From an uncultured Clostridium sp. (GTDB taxonomy: Bacteria > Bacillota > Clostridia > TANB77 > CAG-508), in the NCBI GenBank assembly GCA_964370265.1, contig CAYJIP010000001.1:130828-194827 (forward strand): DNA of 64,000 bases, written 5' to 3'. Made by a program: the position numbers and the translations under genes. The notes beneath the pieces are model-generated. The model ran no database searches, was not told where the DNA came from, and saw only the letters and a program-made list of their open reading frames with translations. Shown piece after piece: positions 27,635 through 36,546 of this stretch; position 1 is the first letter of the stretch, and each line of letters begins with the position of its first letter.

Positions 27635-30202
27635 ATGTATATATTTAATAGGATTACGGTTAATCCGCAATTACCAAAAAGAATAAATAAAATAGCAGAA
27701 ATATCGAATAATTTATGGTGGTCTTGGAACACTGAATTTTTAAGACTATTTCAATCTATAGATAGAGATTTATGGGAAACATCAATGAAAAACCCAGTTA
27801 AATTTTTAAAACACGTATCACAAGATAGGTTAGAAAAAGCAGCAAAAGATTCAACATTATTAAAAGAATATGATAAAATAGTAAGTGACTATGAAGATTA
27901 TATGAATAGTAAAAATACATGGTTTAACAATAATCATGGAAATAATAAAAATGATTTAGTAGCATATTTTTCTGCTGAATATGGTTTGGATCAAACTGTG
28001 CCAATATATTCAGGAGGATTAGGAATACTTTCAGGAGATCATTTGAAATCAACTAGTGATTTAGGAATACCTTTAGTAGCAGTAGGATTATTATATAAAA
28101 ATGGATATTTTAATCAAAAAATTAATGGACATGGAGATCAAGAAACAGAATATCATGATATTGATTTATTTGATTTACCAATTAATCCAGTAAAAGATGA
28201 AGCAGGAGATGATTTAACAATACATGTTAAATTTCCGAAAAGAAGAATATATTTAAAAGTCTGGGAAGTAAAAGTTGGTAGAACAACTCTATATTTATTA
28301 GATTCAGATATTGATAAAAATCATGAAGAAGATAGAAATGTAACATTAAGATTATATGGTGGAGATCAAGAAATGAGAATACGCCAGGAAATAGTTTTAG
28401 GTATGGCAGGTGTTAAATTATTAACAGAATATTTAAAATTAAATCCAACAATATATCATATGAATGAAGGACATTCATCATTCTTAACATTAGAATTAAT
28501 GAAAAATATAATAAAAGAAAAACAAATATCATTTGATATGGCTAAAGATATTACAAGTTCACAAACAGTATTTACAACACATACACCAGTACCAGCAGGA
28601 AATGATATATTCCCAGTACATCTAGTAGAAAAATATTTCAAAGAGTTTTGGCCTTTATTAGGATTGACAAGAGAAGAATTTTTAGCTTTAGGTGTAAGAC
28701 CAAATGGAAATATTGAAGATGGATTTAATATGGGAATATTAGCTCTAAGGATAGCTGGGTTGAAAAATGGAGTTAGTGAACTTCACGGTGCCGTTTCAAG
28801 AGAATTATTTGGAGAAGTTTGGCCTAATATTGCAGCGAGCGAATCACCAATTACATATGTAACAAATGGTATTCATACATGTTCATGGTTAGCGCCAAAA
28901 TTAAAAGAATTATTTAATAAGTATCTAGTTCCATATTGGCAAGATAATATGCATTTAAATAGTGTATGGGAAAAAGTTAATAATATTCCAGATGAAAAAT
29001 TATGGAATGTTCATATTGAAAGAAAAGAAAAATTAATTAAATTAGTTAGAGAAAGCACAATTGAAAGATTAAGAAGAGCTGGATATCATTATGATGAAAT
29101 AAATGATATTGTTTCTAAATTAAATTCAAATAATTTAACAATTGGTTTTGCTAGAAGATTTGCTACATATAAAAGAGCAACATTAATATTTAAAGATATA
29201 GAAAGAATAACACAAATATTAAATAATTCAGATAAACCAGTACAATTAATATTTGCAGGAAAAGCACATCCAGCAGATAAAGCAGGACAAGATTTAATTA
29301 AACATATTCATGAAATGTCTATGATGCCACAATTTAAAGGAAAAATATTCCTATTAGAGAATTATAATATTGCTATGTCTAGATACCTAGTTAGTGGTGT
29401 GGATGTATGGTTAAATAATCCAAGAAGACCAATGGAAGCTTCAGGAACAAGTGGACAAAAAGCATCAGTAAATGGTGTAATTAATTTCAGTGTTCTAGAT
29501 GGTTGGTGGGCTGAAGGTTATGACCAAACTAATGGATGGACAATTGGAACTAATGCAGAATATGATTCATATGAAATTCAAGATTCAGCGGATAGTGAAA
29601 GTATGTATTATACATTAGAAAATAAGATAATACCAATGTACTATGATAGAGATGTTAATGGAATATCACATAAGTGGATTAAGACTATGAAAAATTCAAT
29701 TATAACAACAGGTGGAGAGTATAGCACTGCTAGAATGTTAGTTGATTATGCAAATAACTTGTATGTACCATTAATGAATTTAACAAAAAGTTATTATAGA
29801 GATTTAGATAAAGTTTCGAGATTTAATACATGGAAAAAAGATGTCCATGTAAATTGGAAAGATGTTAAAATATCACAAATAAAGCAAGTTGAAAATGTAA
29901 CTGTAGATGCAGGAAACAATTTAGACGTAGAATGTGAAGTTATACTACCTAACATAGAAATTAGAAATATTTCAGCAGAAGTATATTATGGTAAAATATT
30001 AGAAAATGGAATTGTTGAAGATGTTAAAATAATACCAATGGAATTAAAAGAAGTAAATGAAGCAGAGAAAAAATATAAATATATTGCTAAAATAGAATTA
30101 ACAACTGGTGGGAATTATGGATATACATTTAGAATTATGCCAAAACATGATATGATTTTAGAACCTGCAAATTTAGATTTAATTAAATGGGTAACTAAGT
30201 AA
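27635..30202 (+). CDS. glgP: Alpha-glucan (glycogen/maltodextrin) phosphorylase, GT35, DUF3417-type
   Basis: 855 aa. YFSAEYG, GGLGILSGDHLKS, TNGIHTCSWL and the PLP-lysine region EASGTSGQKASVNG. Confidence 0.9.
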   Translation: MYIFNRITVNPQLPKRINKIAEISNNLWWSWNTEFLRLFQSIDRDLWETSMKNPVKFLKHVSQDRLEKAAKDSTLLKEYDKIVSDYEDYMNSKNTWFNNNHGNNKNDLVAYFSAEYGLDQTVPIYSGGLGILSGDHLKSTSDLGIPLVAVGLLYKNGYFNQKINGHGDQETEYHDIDLFDLPINPVKDEAGDDLTIHVKFPKRRIYLKVWEVKVGRTTLYLLDSDIDKNHEEDRNVTLRLYGGDQEMRIRQEIVLGMAGVKLLTEYLKLNPTIYHMNEGHSSFLTLELMKNIIKEKQISFDMAKDITSSQTVFTTHTPVPAGNDIFPVHLVEKYFKEFWPLLGLTREEFLALGVRPNGNIEDGFNMGILALRIAGLKNGVSELHGAVSRELFGEVWPNIAASESPITYVTNGIHTCSWLAPKLKELFNKYLVPYWQDNMHLNSVWEKVNNIPDEKLWNVHIERKEKLIKLVRESTIERLRRAGYHYDEINDIVSKLNSNNLTIGFARRFATYKRATLIFKDIERITQILNNSDKPVQLIFAGKAHPADKAGQDLIKHIHEMSMMPQFKGKIFLLENYNIAMSRYLVSGVDVWLNNPRRPMEASGTSGQKASVNGVINFSVLDGWWAEGYDQTNGWTIGTNAEYDSYEIQDSADSESMYYTLENKIIPMYYDRDVNGISHKWIKTMKNSIITTGGEYSTARMLVDYANNLYVPLMNLTKSYYRDLDKVSRFNTWKKDVHVNWKDVKISQIKQVENVTVDAGNNLDVECEVILPNIEIRNISAEVYYGKILENGIVEDVKIIPMELKEVNEAEKKYKYIAKIELTTGGNYGYTFRIMPKHDMILEPANLDLIKWVTK

Positions 30203-30310
30203 AAATATTTTAATACTAAGTAGAAATTAAGTAAAAACTAAATATAAATCAAGTAAAAACTAAATATAAATCAAGTAAAAACCAAATATCGATTGAATAA
30301 AAGTAAAAAA
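30197..30310. repeat. 22-bp tandem repeat x3 plus two extra AAGTAAAAA cores in the glgP 3' UTR
   Basis: aagtaaaaactaaatataaatc at 30229 and 30251, with a degenerate copy at 30273. The core aagtaaaaa also occurs at 30197 (it includes the glgP stop codon) and at 30301. Confidence 0.8.
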
Positions 30311-30335
30311 AAAGAGCAAATTGCTCTTTTTTTTG
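30305..30335. terminator. Bidirectional intrinsic terminator (glgP / convergent orphan gene)
   Basis: aaaaaaaagagcaaattgctctttttttt: palindromic GC-containing stem flanked by an A-run and a T-run. Confidence 0.7.
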
Positions 30336-31046
30336 TTAAGGTATTTGGCCGATTGATTCTAAACAAATTAAATATGGTGCTCCATAAATAATTTTCAAAT
30401 AATCTAGTGGTAAGAGATTAAGTAGTTTATCTTCTGCATAATCCCTTTGAGAAATTCGTTTACCATAAAAGATTTTTTCAGAATTGATTGTATCTACATA
30501 CATTCCTGTTCTAGTCCAAATTTTAGGATATTCTAAATTTAATGATAAGATTAAACTATATAAGTTTATAAATTTCGAAATATTAACTTCAAATCGATAG
30601 CTATAACTATTATCGCTATTTTTAACACTGAATTTAGAATATTTAGACAAAGCTAAATTAATACGATTCTCATCTATAATACGCTTATTAAAAGTTTGAT
30701 TTGATTTTAAATTATCAAAGTGAAATTGCATATATAATCTGATATCACTTGATTTAAAATCATTTTCAGATGTTTCAGTTGAAAAATAAAGAAATGCAGT
30801 TAAATCTTCATTAAACATATAGATGTCATCTTTCCAAACTTTATCTAGATCGTATTCTAGTGGATTAGATAATTTACTTTCATGTTCTCTGCCATATTGG
30901 GAAATAACATTAAAGCCAAGTCTGTTTAAACGAGATATTATGTCGTTTTTGCTTTTAAACTCAAAATTCCTATTACGCCACTGATTAATTGCTCTTCGCA
31001 TTCTCCGAGATATTAATTGTCCATTTTTCTTACTGTTTTTTCTCAT
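30336..31046 (-). CDS. Hypothetical protein (orphan), basic N-terminus
   Basis: 236 aa with RBS aaaaggag. N-terminal 25 aa are Arg/Lys-rich (MRKNSKKNGQLISRRMRRAINQWRNRN). I recognise no family motif. Confidence 0.55.
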   Translation of the reverse strand: MRKNSKKNGQLISRRMRRAINQWRNRNFEFKSKNDIISRLNRLGFNVISQYGREHESKLSNPLEYDLDKVWKDDIYMFNEDLTAFLYFSTETSENDFKSSDIRLYMQFHFDNLKSNQTFNKRIIDENRINLALSKYSKFSVKNSDNSYSYRFEVNISKFINLYSLILSLNLEYPKIWTRTGMYVDTINSEKIFYGKRISQRDYAEDKLLNLLPLDYLKIIYGAPYLICLESIGQIP

Positions 31047-31094
31047 AATAATACTCCTTTTAAAATTTGTTTGTCATGTTAGTCTTAACTTTCT

Positions 31095-31115
31095 CAATTA
31101 TGAATTACATAATTG
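31095..31115. promoter_or_regulatory. Palindrome in the 5' UTR/operator region of the minus-strand orphan gene
   Basis: caattatg aatta cataattg: 8-bp perfect arms and a 5-nt spacer, between the predicted -10 (31138-31143) and the start codon (31046). Confidence 0.35.
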
Positions 31116-31137
31116 AATACAAAAATACGTATAGATT

Positions 31138-31166
31138 ATTATAACATATATTAATTATATTTGCAA
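31138..31166 (-). promoter_or_regulatory. Sigma-A-type promoter of the 30336-31046 gene
   Basis: Minus strand: TTGCAA, 17 nt, TATAAT with a TG extension (tgttataat). Confidence 0.5.
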
Positions 31167-31215
31167 GATTTTGTCAATACAATTTACATAAAGCGATAAA
31201 AATATCATGAAAATA

Positions 31216-31244
31216 TTGAAAAAATTCATGAAAACTGTTAAAAT
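31216..31244 (+). promoter_or_regulatory. Sigma-A-type promoter of the 31303-32193 gene
   Basis: TTGAAA (31216-31221), 17 nt, TAAAAT (31239-31244), with TG at -15/-14. Confidence 0.5.
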
Positions 31245-31251
31245 AGAAGGT

Positions 31252-31267
31252 ATATGTAGATACATAT
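31252..31267. promoter_or_regulatory. Palindrome just downstream of the predicted -10 element
   Basis: atatgta ga tacatat: 7-bp perfect arms, beginning 8 nt after the -10 hexamer. Confidence 0.35.
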
Positions 31268-31302
31268 TTAGAATTATTAATATCATGATAGGAGGAATAA
31301 TT

Positions 31303-32193
31303 ATGATAAGTATAGCTCAATTCATCAATGTAATGAGGCTGTTAAAAGCCCGGAAGGTAGAAGAAAATTCATATTATACAGGAAAAGATAATCCGACATT
31401 TGAAATAAAAGGAATATACTTTAGACATTCTGGAAAATATTTTATTTGTACATATAACAAAGAAATTCCTGTTGAAATAAGAGAAAAAGCAAAAGAAATA
31501 TTAGGAGATAAAGGTAATAGGGGTGTTCATTTTTGGTATGGTGAAATTCATACAGTACTAGGTCTTGTGACTGTTGTTACAATGATTAACAATAATTATA
31601 CTCAAGAATATGTTAATAGTATAATAGATAAAGTATATCAAAAATTATTTAAAGCATATGTAGTAAATAAAAAAATAAATTTTAAGACTTCAGAATATAG
31701 TATTGAAAAAATCACAGTAGTGCTAGAAAAGTTTCATAGGATTACAAATCCTCTTCTTAGTAAGGAGTTGAAATTAATAAATCCAAATTTATATGAAAAT
31801 AAATTGAAATTGTGGTATGATCTTGAAAATACAAGCTATGGTTGTATTACTTTGAAAACAGATGAGTATTTTATTAATTTTAAAAGAAAAAATAAGAAAT
31901 GGGCATTTAGATATGAGGATGATGAAAATGAATCTATAATAACACATTATTATGATCCGAAGGAATATAAAGAAGAAATTCTTTTTATAAGATATTACAC
32001 GAAAAATGAAAATTCAGATATCTCGACAGAATATAGATTGAATTTAGGACTACAAACAGGGTCTATATTAGATGAAGATAAAAAAATGAATGAGCGATTA
32101 ATTTCACAAATAGAAATTGATTTAGTTATTCAAAAAATAGAGCAAGCTATACGAAATATTGAGGAAAATATTATATCTCAAATAACTATTTAA
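31303..32193 (+). CDS. Hypothetical protein (orphan)
   Basis: Start set at the ATG after RBS aggagga (the ORF track starts at 31207). 296 aa, beta-rich with a C-terminal amphipathic helix (ISQIEIDLVIQKIEQAIRNIEENI). No recognised motif. Confidence 0.55.
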   Translation: MISIAQFINVMRLLKARKVEENSYYTGKDNPTFEIKGIYFRHSGKYFICTYNKEIPVEIREKAKEILGDKGNRGVHFWYGEIHTVLGLVTVVTMINNNYTQEYVNSIIDKVYQKLFKAYVVNKKINFKTSEYSIEKITVVLEKFHRITNPLLSKELKLINPNLYENKLKLWYDLENTSYGCITLKTDEYFINFKRKNKKWAFRYEDDENESIITHYYDPKEYKEEILFIRYYTKNENSDISTEYRLNLGLQTGSILDEDKKMNERLISQIEIDLVIQKIEQAIRNIEENIISQITI

Positions 32194-32296
32194 GGATTTA
32201 GAAATAGTCAATTGTCTATTGTTAACTAAAATTAAGTTGTTGATATAATAAAATGAATTTTAATTATGATAATTTATTATTCAAATAAGTTAAAAG

Positions 32297-32330
32297 TAAA
32301 AAACGTTTCAAATGAAACGTTTTTTGCTTT
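32297..32330. terminator. Bidirectional intrinsic terminator
   Basis: aaaaacgtttca aa tgaaacgttttt: 12-bp perfect stem with A/T-runs on both sides. Confidence 0.75.
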
Positions 32331-32336
32331 TGCTAA

Positions 32337-32561
32337 TTACCAAGAAACTCTTTTGACTTGTCGCACATTTGCTTTACTGTCAATGATTTCAATCCATATT
32401 AAAATTGTTAAATCGCCTTTTTGAAGGCCATAAATAATTAGGCCATCTTCATTACCACGTGATATAATATTCATATGAATAAAATCTTTTTCATTTAGTA
32501 TCAGCCCATCTGCTTCAAGTGCTTTGTTTTGAAGTTCTTTGATAAATTTTTTGTCTAGCAT
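32337..32561 (-). CDS. Small hypothetical protein (74 aa)
   Basis: Strong RBS gaaggagac, its own promoter and a terminator. No recognised motif. Confidence 0.5.
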   Translation of the reverse strand: MLDKKFIKELQNKALEADGLILNEKDFIHMNIISRGNEDGLIIYGLQKGDLTILIWIEIIDSKANVRQVKRVSW

Positions 32562-32641
32562 TTTTGTCTCCTTCTCGGCATTAGCCTCATCATGTGTTTA
32601 ATGTACTGTAAAACAGGAATATTAAATGTTCTACAAAATTT

Positions 32642-32670
32642 AGTATAACATGGTATACATAAAAAGTCAA
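32642..32670 (-). promoter_or_regulatory. Sigma-A-type promoter of the 74-aa gene
   Basis: Minus strand: TTGACT, 17 nt, TATACT with a TG extension (tgttatact). Confidence 0.5.
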
Positions 32671-32679
32671 TTGATGGAA

Positions 32680-33957
32680 TTATAGTTGAGCTGCTGAAAA
32701 TAAAATTCCAATATTATCACTATATATTTTATCAAATTGTTCAATAGGCAAAGGATTTACGCCTAATCCTGCCTCAATTGTATATCCCGGTTTATTATAA
32801 TTTAAGATAAACCAATCTTTATAGCCAGCAAAACTAGAATTATATGGAGTATCTAATAATGGATACCCACTTATATTAGATAATATTTCTCCTATATATT
32901 CACTATCAGGTGGATCGAAAGATTTGAATTTCCAAAATATAACTTCACCTTGCGTATGATATGCTAAAATTAGCCTAAAATCATGTTTTTTAGTAAAATT
33001 AAAGACAGCAAGTGATTCTGGTTCAGAAAGAGGTTCATATCCAACAAAATCTCTAGGTGCAGGACTTGTAAATCCTTGAGAATACTTAATTTCTTTAGAC
33101 TGCTCCCAATCTGCAGGGAATTGTAAATTAAGGTCAATTCCAGAAATATTAGCTTTCCATCCATCAGGGAATGGTATGTTAGGATAATTGTTAGAAATAT
33201 CTTTTGCATTTAAATAAGATATATTACTGGAATCTAGTGCACCAGTCACTAAATCTACACCGTCTGGGTTAACCATTGGCATAATATATATAGTTGAATT
33301 TGCATAAAGATCATTTATATTATATCCAATAAAATTAATGTTTTCAGTTAGTGCTTTAGAATAATCTTCAATAAATTTCATCAATAAAGGGCTAGTAATC
33401 CATTCATTAGCATGGTAAGAGGCAGAATAGAATACAGTATTGGAACCTTTTCCAATTTTTATAACAGGTAAATCTTTTCCCATTACGCTAAAACCAGAGT
33501 TTTCTGACTTTAAAAATGGATAAGTTTTTAATAAAGCTTCAAGGTTAAGCATCATAATATCATAAGAATAACTAATATCAGTTGATACTATATTATTAAA
33601 TGGAATAAGTAATTTTATTCCACTTCTAATAAAATTTTCATTTCTTATATTTGGGTTTGCAATTTTAATTCTATTTATAGTAGTATCAAAGGCATTAGCT
33701 ATTGAATAGAGTGTATCATTGTTTTGGACAATATAATATGTATAACCATTAATATATGGTAATAATTGAATCCATGTGTCTGTGCCTACAATACCATCAA
33801 CAGATAATCCAAATTGAGATTGAAAATTTTTAACAGAGTTTTCTGTTTTTAAATCAAATAAGTTTGAAATTTTAGAGTCATAATATCCTATAGATTTTAA
33901 TGTACTTTGTACTAATTCAACTAAAGGACCTTTTGACATAAGTTTTAGAGTTTTCAT
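32680..33957 (-). CDS. Gamma-D-glutamyl-L-diamino-acid endopeptidase-like M14 peptidase with PG-binding and LysM domains
   Basis: 425 aa. N-terminal PG_binding_1-like region (LVELVQSTLKSIGYY...VDGIVGTDTW), LysM (YIVQNNDTLYSIANAFDTTINRIKIANP) and an M14 zinc motif HANEW. Layout matches B. subtilis YqgT / B. sphaericus endopeptidase I. Confidence 0.75.
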   Translation of the reverse strand: MKTLKLMSKGPLVELVQSTLKSIGYYDSKISNLFDLKTENSVKNFQSQFGLSVDGIVGTDTWIQLLPYINGYTYYIVQNNDTLYSIANAFDTTINRIKIANPNIRNENFIRSGIKLLIPFNNIVSTDISYSYDIMMLNLEALLKTYPFLKSENSGFSVMGKDLPVIKIGKGSNTVFYSASYHANEWITSPLLMKFIEDYSKALTENINFIGYNINDLYANSTIYIMPMVNPDGVDLVTGALDSSNISYLNAKDISNNYPNIPFPDGWKANISGIDLNLQFPADWEQSKEIKYSQGFTSPAPRDFVGYEPLSEPESLAVFNFTKKHDFRLILAYHTQGEVIFWKFKSFDPPDSEYIGEILSNISGYPLLDTPYNSSFAGYKDWFILNYNKPGYTIEAGLGVNPLPIEQFDKIYSDNIGILFSAAQL

Positions 33958-34050
33958 ATAATCACCTAATGTATATTATGAAAAATAATATGAATTGTGA
34001 ATTTAAATAGAGAATATCAATTATTATCTGTATGAAAATAATTGAAGAAA

Positions 34051-34095
34051 AATAAGAGTAAATATAAGTGATACATATATTTACTCTTATTTCAT
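34051..34095 (-). terminator. Intrinsic terminator of the HD-domain gene
   Basis: aataagagtaaata ... tatttactcttatt: 14-bp perfect stem, with a T-run on the minus strand (plus-strand gaaaaa at 34046-34051). Confidence 0.65.
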
Positions 34096-34119
34096 ATTAA
34101 ATTATTAATTTATTGGTAT

Positions 34120-34770
34120 TTATGAAACGTTCATATCAAATGTTTTAAGAAACTCTAGCATTCGATAAAAATTATCATCATTTTGATAATATTTTTTATC
34201 ATATTCATACCAAACATCAAAAACAGTTTCAGCACCATTTTTAATTAATGATTGAATTTTTGGGTTTGAAGTAAAATCATTATTTATCTCAGATAAATTT
34301 TTGAAAAATCCATTATCTTGATAGAATTTAGAGTTAAAATCAGCATCTAGTTTATCACACAAATTAGCAAATATAGATTCATTTGTTTTTTTCTCATTAA
34401 ATTCTGTAAATAAATCTTTTAAAATACATCCTTTATTAAGAAGGTTTGATAATTTTGACATTGATTCATTCTCTAAATCAGATTTTTCGTCAAGTGAAAC
34501 ATTTGAGAAAGGAGTAAAATCTGGAATTAGTGATTCAGGTAAGTCATGAATGGCAAGCATTATCATTACTTTAGAAATATCAATATCGTAATTGAATTCT
34601 GAATACATTGAAAATGCTATTAACCCTGCACTCCAAGAGTGAGCAGCTATAGTTTCTGGATTCTTGCAAGTTGTTTCCCAGTTTGTCCATCCAGTCCGAA
34701 CTTTAGTCTTTAAAATTTGGACTAAAGTCATAAATTGTGTTAGATTAGAAAATTTAAGTTCTTCTTTCAT
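34120..34770 (-). CDS. HD-domain phosphohydrolase, YfbR-like 5'-deoxynucleotidase family
   Basis: 216 aa. RTGWTNW, ETIAAHSWSAGLIA and LAIHDLPESLIPD. Confidence 0.6.
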   Translation of the reverse strand: MKEELKFSNLTQFMTLVQILKTKVRTGWTNWETTCKNPETIAAHSWSAGLIAFSMYSEFNYDIDISKVMIMLAIHDLPESLIPDFTPFSNVSLDEKSDLENESMSKLSNLLNKGCILKDLFTEFNEKKTNESIFANLCDKLDADFNSKFYQDNGFFKNLSEINNDFTSNPKIQSLIKNGAETVFDVWYEYDKKYYQNDDNFYRMLEFLKTFDMNVS

Positions 34771-34963
34771 AAAAAATCCTCCGTAAAATTATTTTGGTGT
34801 CTCGTGTCATAAAGTAAAACCAGAGGTAATACATTTATTGTAAATAAGTATATCAAAAATATATTGAGAAATCAAGCATTAACGAGAATCAAAAATATGA
34901 ATATACAAAAAGATATATATTTATTGATAATGTATATTAAATATAGTATAATATATATTATAC

Positions 34964-35319
34964 GGGGGTGTAATGGTTTCGACATTGCATTAGAAGTATG
35001 AATTGCAAGTAGTGGATGGTTGCTTTGGCCACTATAAAAAAGCAAAAAATAAATATAAACGCTGATAATAAAGAATTAGCTTTAGCTGCCTAATTGCAGC
35101 TTCGTCTTACCAAGTATCCCACATATTTGGATTAAGGCGCAATAATAGTGGGAAACAAAACTATTCTTTTCTTTGGGGATAGGGGGTAACTTAAAAGATA
35201 TATTATATTTTAACCTGTTTGTTGGTGAAAATATAATGAAAATAAAAAACAAACTAAACTTGTAGACATTTGTATGGAAAATGTTATGGACAGGAGTTCG
35301 ACTCTCCTCATCTCCACCA
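34964..35319 (+). ncRNA. ssrA: tmRNA (SsrA)
   Basis: 5' GGGGGUGUAAUGGUUUCGAC and 3' GGACAGGAGUUCGACUCUCCUCAUCUCCACCA. The acceptor stem has a G3:U pair and a T-arm is present. Internal tag ORF gct gat aat aaa gaa tta gct tta gct gcc taa (35061-35093) encodes ADNKELALAA. Confidence 0.95.
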
Positions 35320-35340
35320 ACAATACAATAAATAATATCT

Positions 35341-35370
35341 AAACTATAGGTAAAACCTATAGTTTATGTA
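35341..35370 (+). terminator. Hairpin terminator after ssrA
   Basis: aaactatagg taaaa cctatagttt: 10-bp perfect stem with a weak T-tract. Confidence 0.5.
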
Positions 35371-35519
35371 TTATAATACGTTAAGCTGTATAGGCTAAAA
35401 TAAGATCATCAAATAAATGGTATGAAAAAGATTTGGTAGTAAAATAGTATTGTAAAATATAAAAATAAGTAAAAGTAAGCAAAAATTTGATAAATGTATA
35501 AACATTATAGGAGTTTGTT

Positions 35520-36494
35520 ATGAAAAAAATTGAATGGAATATAAAATCATCATTTGATGAATTATTAAGAAATATATTTGAAAAATTGGAAAAAGTACCA
35601 TTAAAAGAATGTGAATCACCAAAATCACTAGATCAAATAATGTTTGACTTGTATTTAGAATCAGATGAAAAAGAAAATATGTTATTTAGTGAATTTAAAA
35701 AAGATATGTTTAGAATTGCTACAAGTACGACAATAGAAGAATTTAAAATATATACATATAATGTATCAAAAGAATTGAAAAAATATATAGAACAAAATGT
35801 TTTCCATGAATATGAAAAAAATGATAAAGCACATGGTATTATTCATATTAAAGAAGTAATCAGACGAGCATTTGCATTGAGGGAAACATATAAGCTATAT
35901 GATTTAAATGATGATATGATATATGCAATAGCAGCATATCATGATATAGGGGCATATCATGGCAAAGAGCAACATGCTGAAAGGGCAGCACAAATATTTT
36001 TGAATGATAAGAACATGGAAAATTTTTTTTCTGAAGAACAAATTAAACAAATATCTAATGCAATAGGAGAACATAGTTCATCTAAAGAAATAGATAGTGA
36101 TAACGATATTAGTGAATACGGTAAATTAGTATCATCAGCAGACAGAAATACTACTATTGAAATGGTGTTTAAGAGAAGTTTTTATGTAGCGCAAGCTAAG
36201 AAGGAGAGAAAAGATTTAAGTATAGAAGAATATTTAGAATTTACACATAATAGGTTAAGCAATAGATATAATTCGGAGAATCCTGAAAATATGTTTTATG
36301 AAGATGAAGTATATAAATATTTTTTAGAAGAGATGAAAACGTTATTGCTAGATAAAGAAATGTTTAAGAGCAAATATTGTGAAATAAATAATATAAAGTC
36401 GAGAAATGATAAAGTAACAGATTATATTGAGGTTGAAAAATCATATAATTATAAAAATATATGTAGAGATATAGATGAGAAATGTGAAAGATAA
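35520..36494 (+). CDS. HD-domain metal-dependent phosphohydrolase
   Basis: 324 aa. HGIIHIKEVIRRA, AAYHDIG and GEHS motifs, with an N-terminal ~100-aa extension. Confidence 0.6.
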   Translation: MKKIEWNIKSSFDELLRNIFEKLEKVPLKECESPKSLDQIMFDLYLESDEKENMLFSEFKKDMFRIATSTTIEEFKIYTYNVSKELKKYIEQNVFHEYEKNDKAHGIIHIKEVIRRAFALRETYKLYDLNDDMIYAIAAYHDIGAYHGKEQHAERAAQIFLNDKNMENFFSEEQIKQISNAIGEHSSSKEIDSDNDISEYGKLVSSADRNTTIEMVFKRSFYVAQAKKERKDLSIEEYLEFTHNRLSNRYNSENPENMFYEDEVYKYFLEEMKTLLLDKEMFKSKYCEINNIKSRNDKVTDYIEVEKSYNYKNICRDIDEKCER

Positions 36495-36546
36495 AAAAGG
36501 GGAATATTAAAACGAAAAAATAGCAAAAAATGAGGGTGTATTTATT

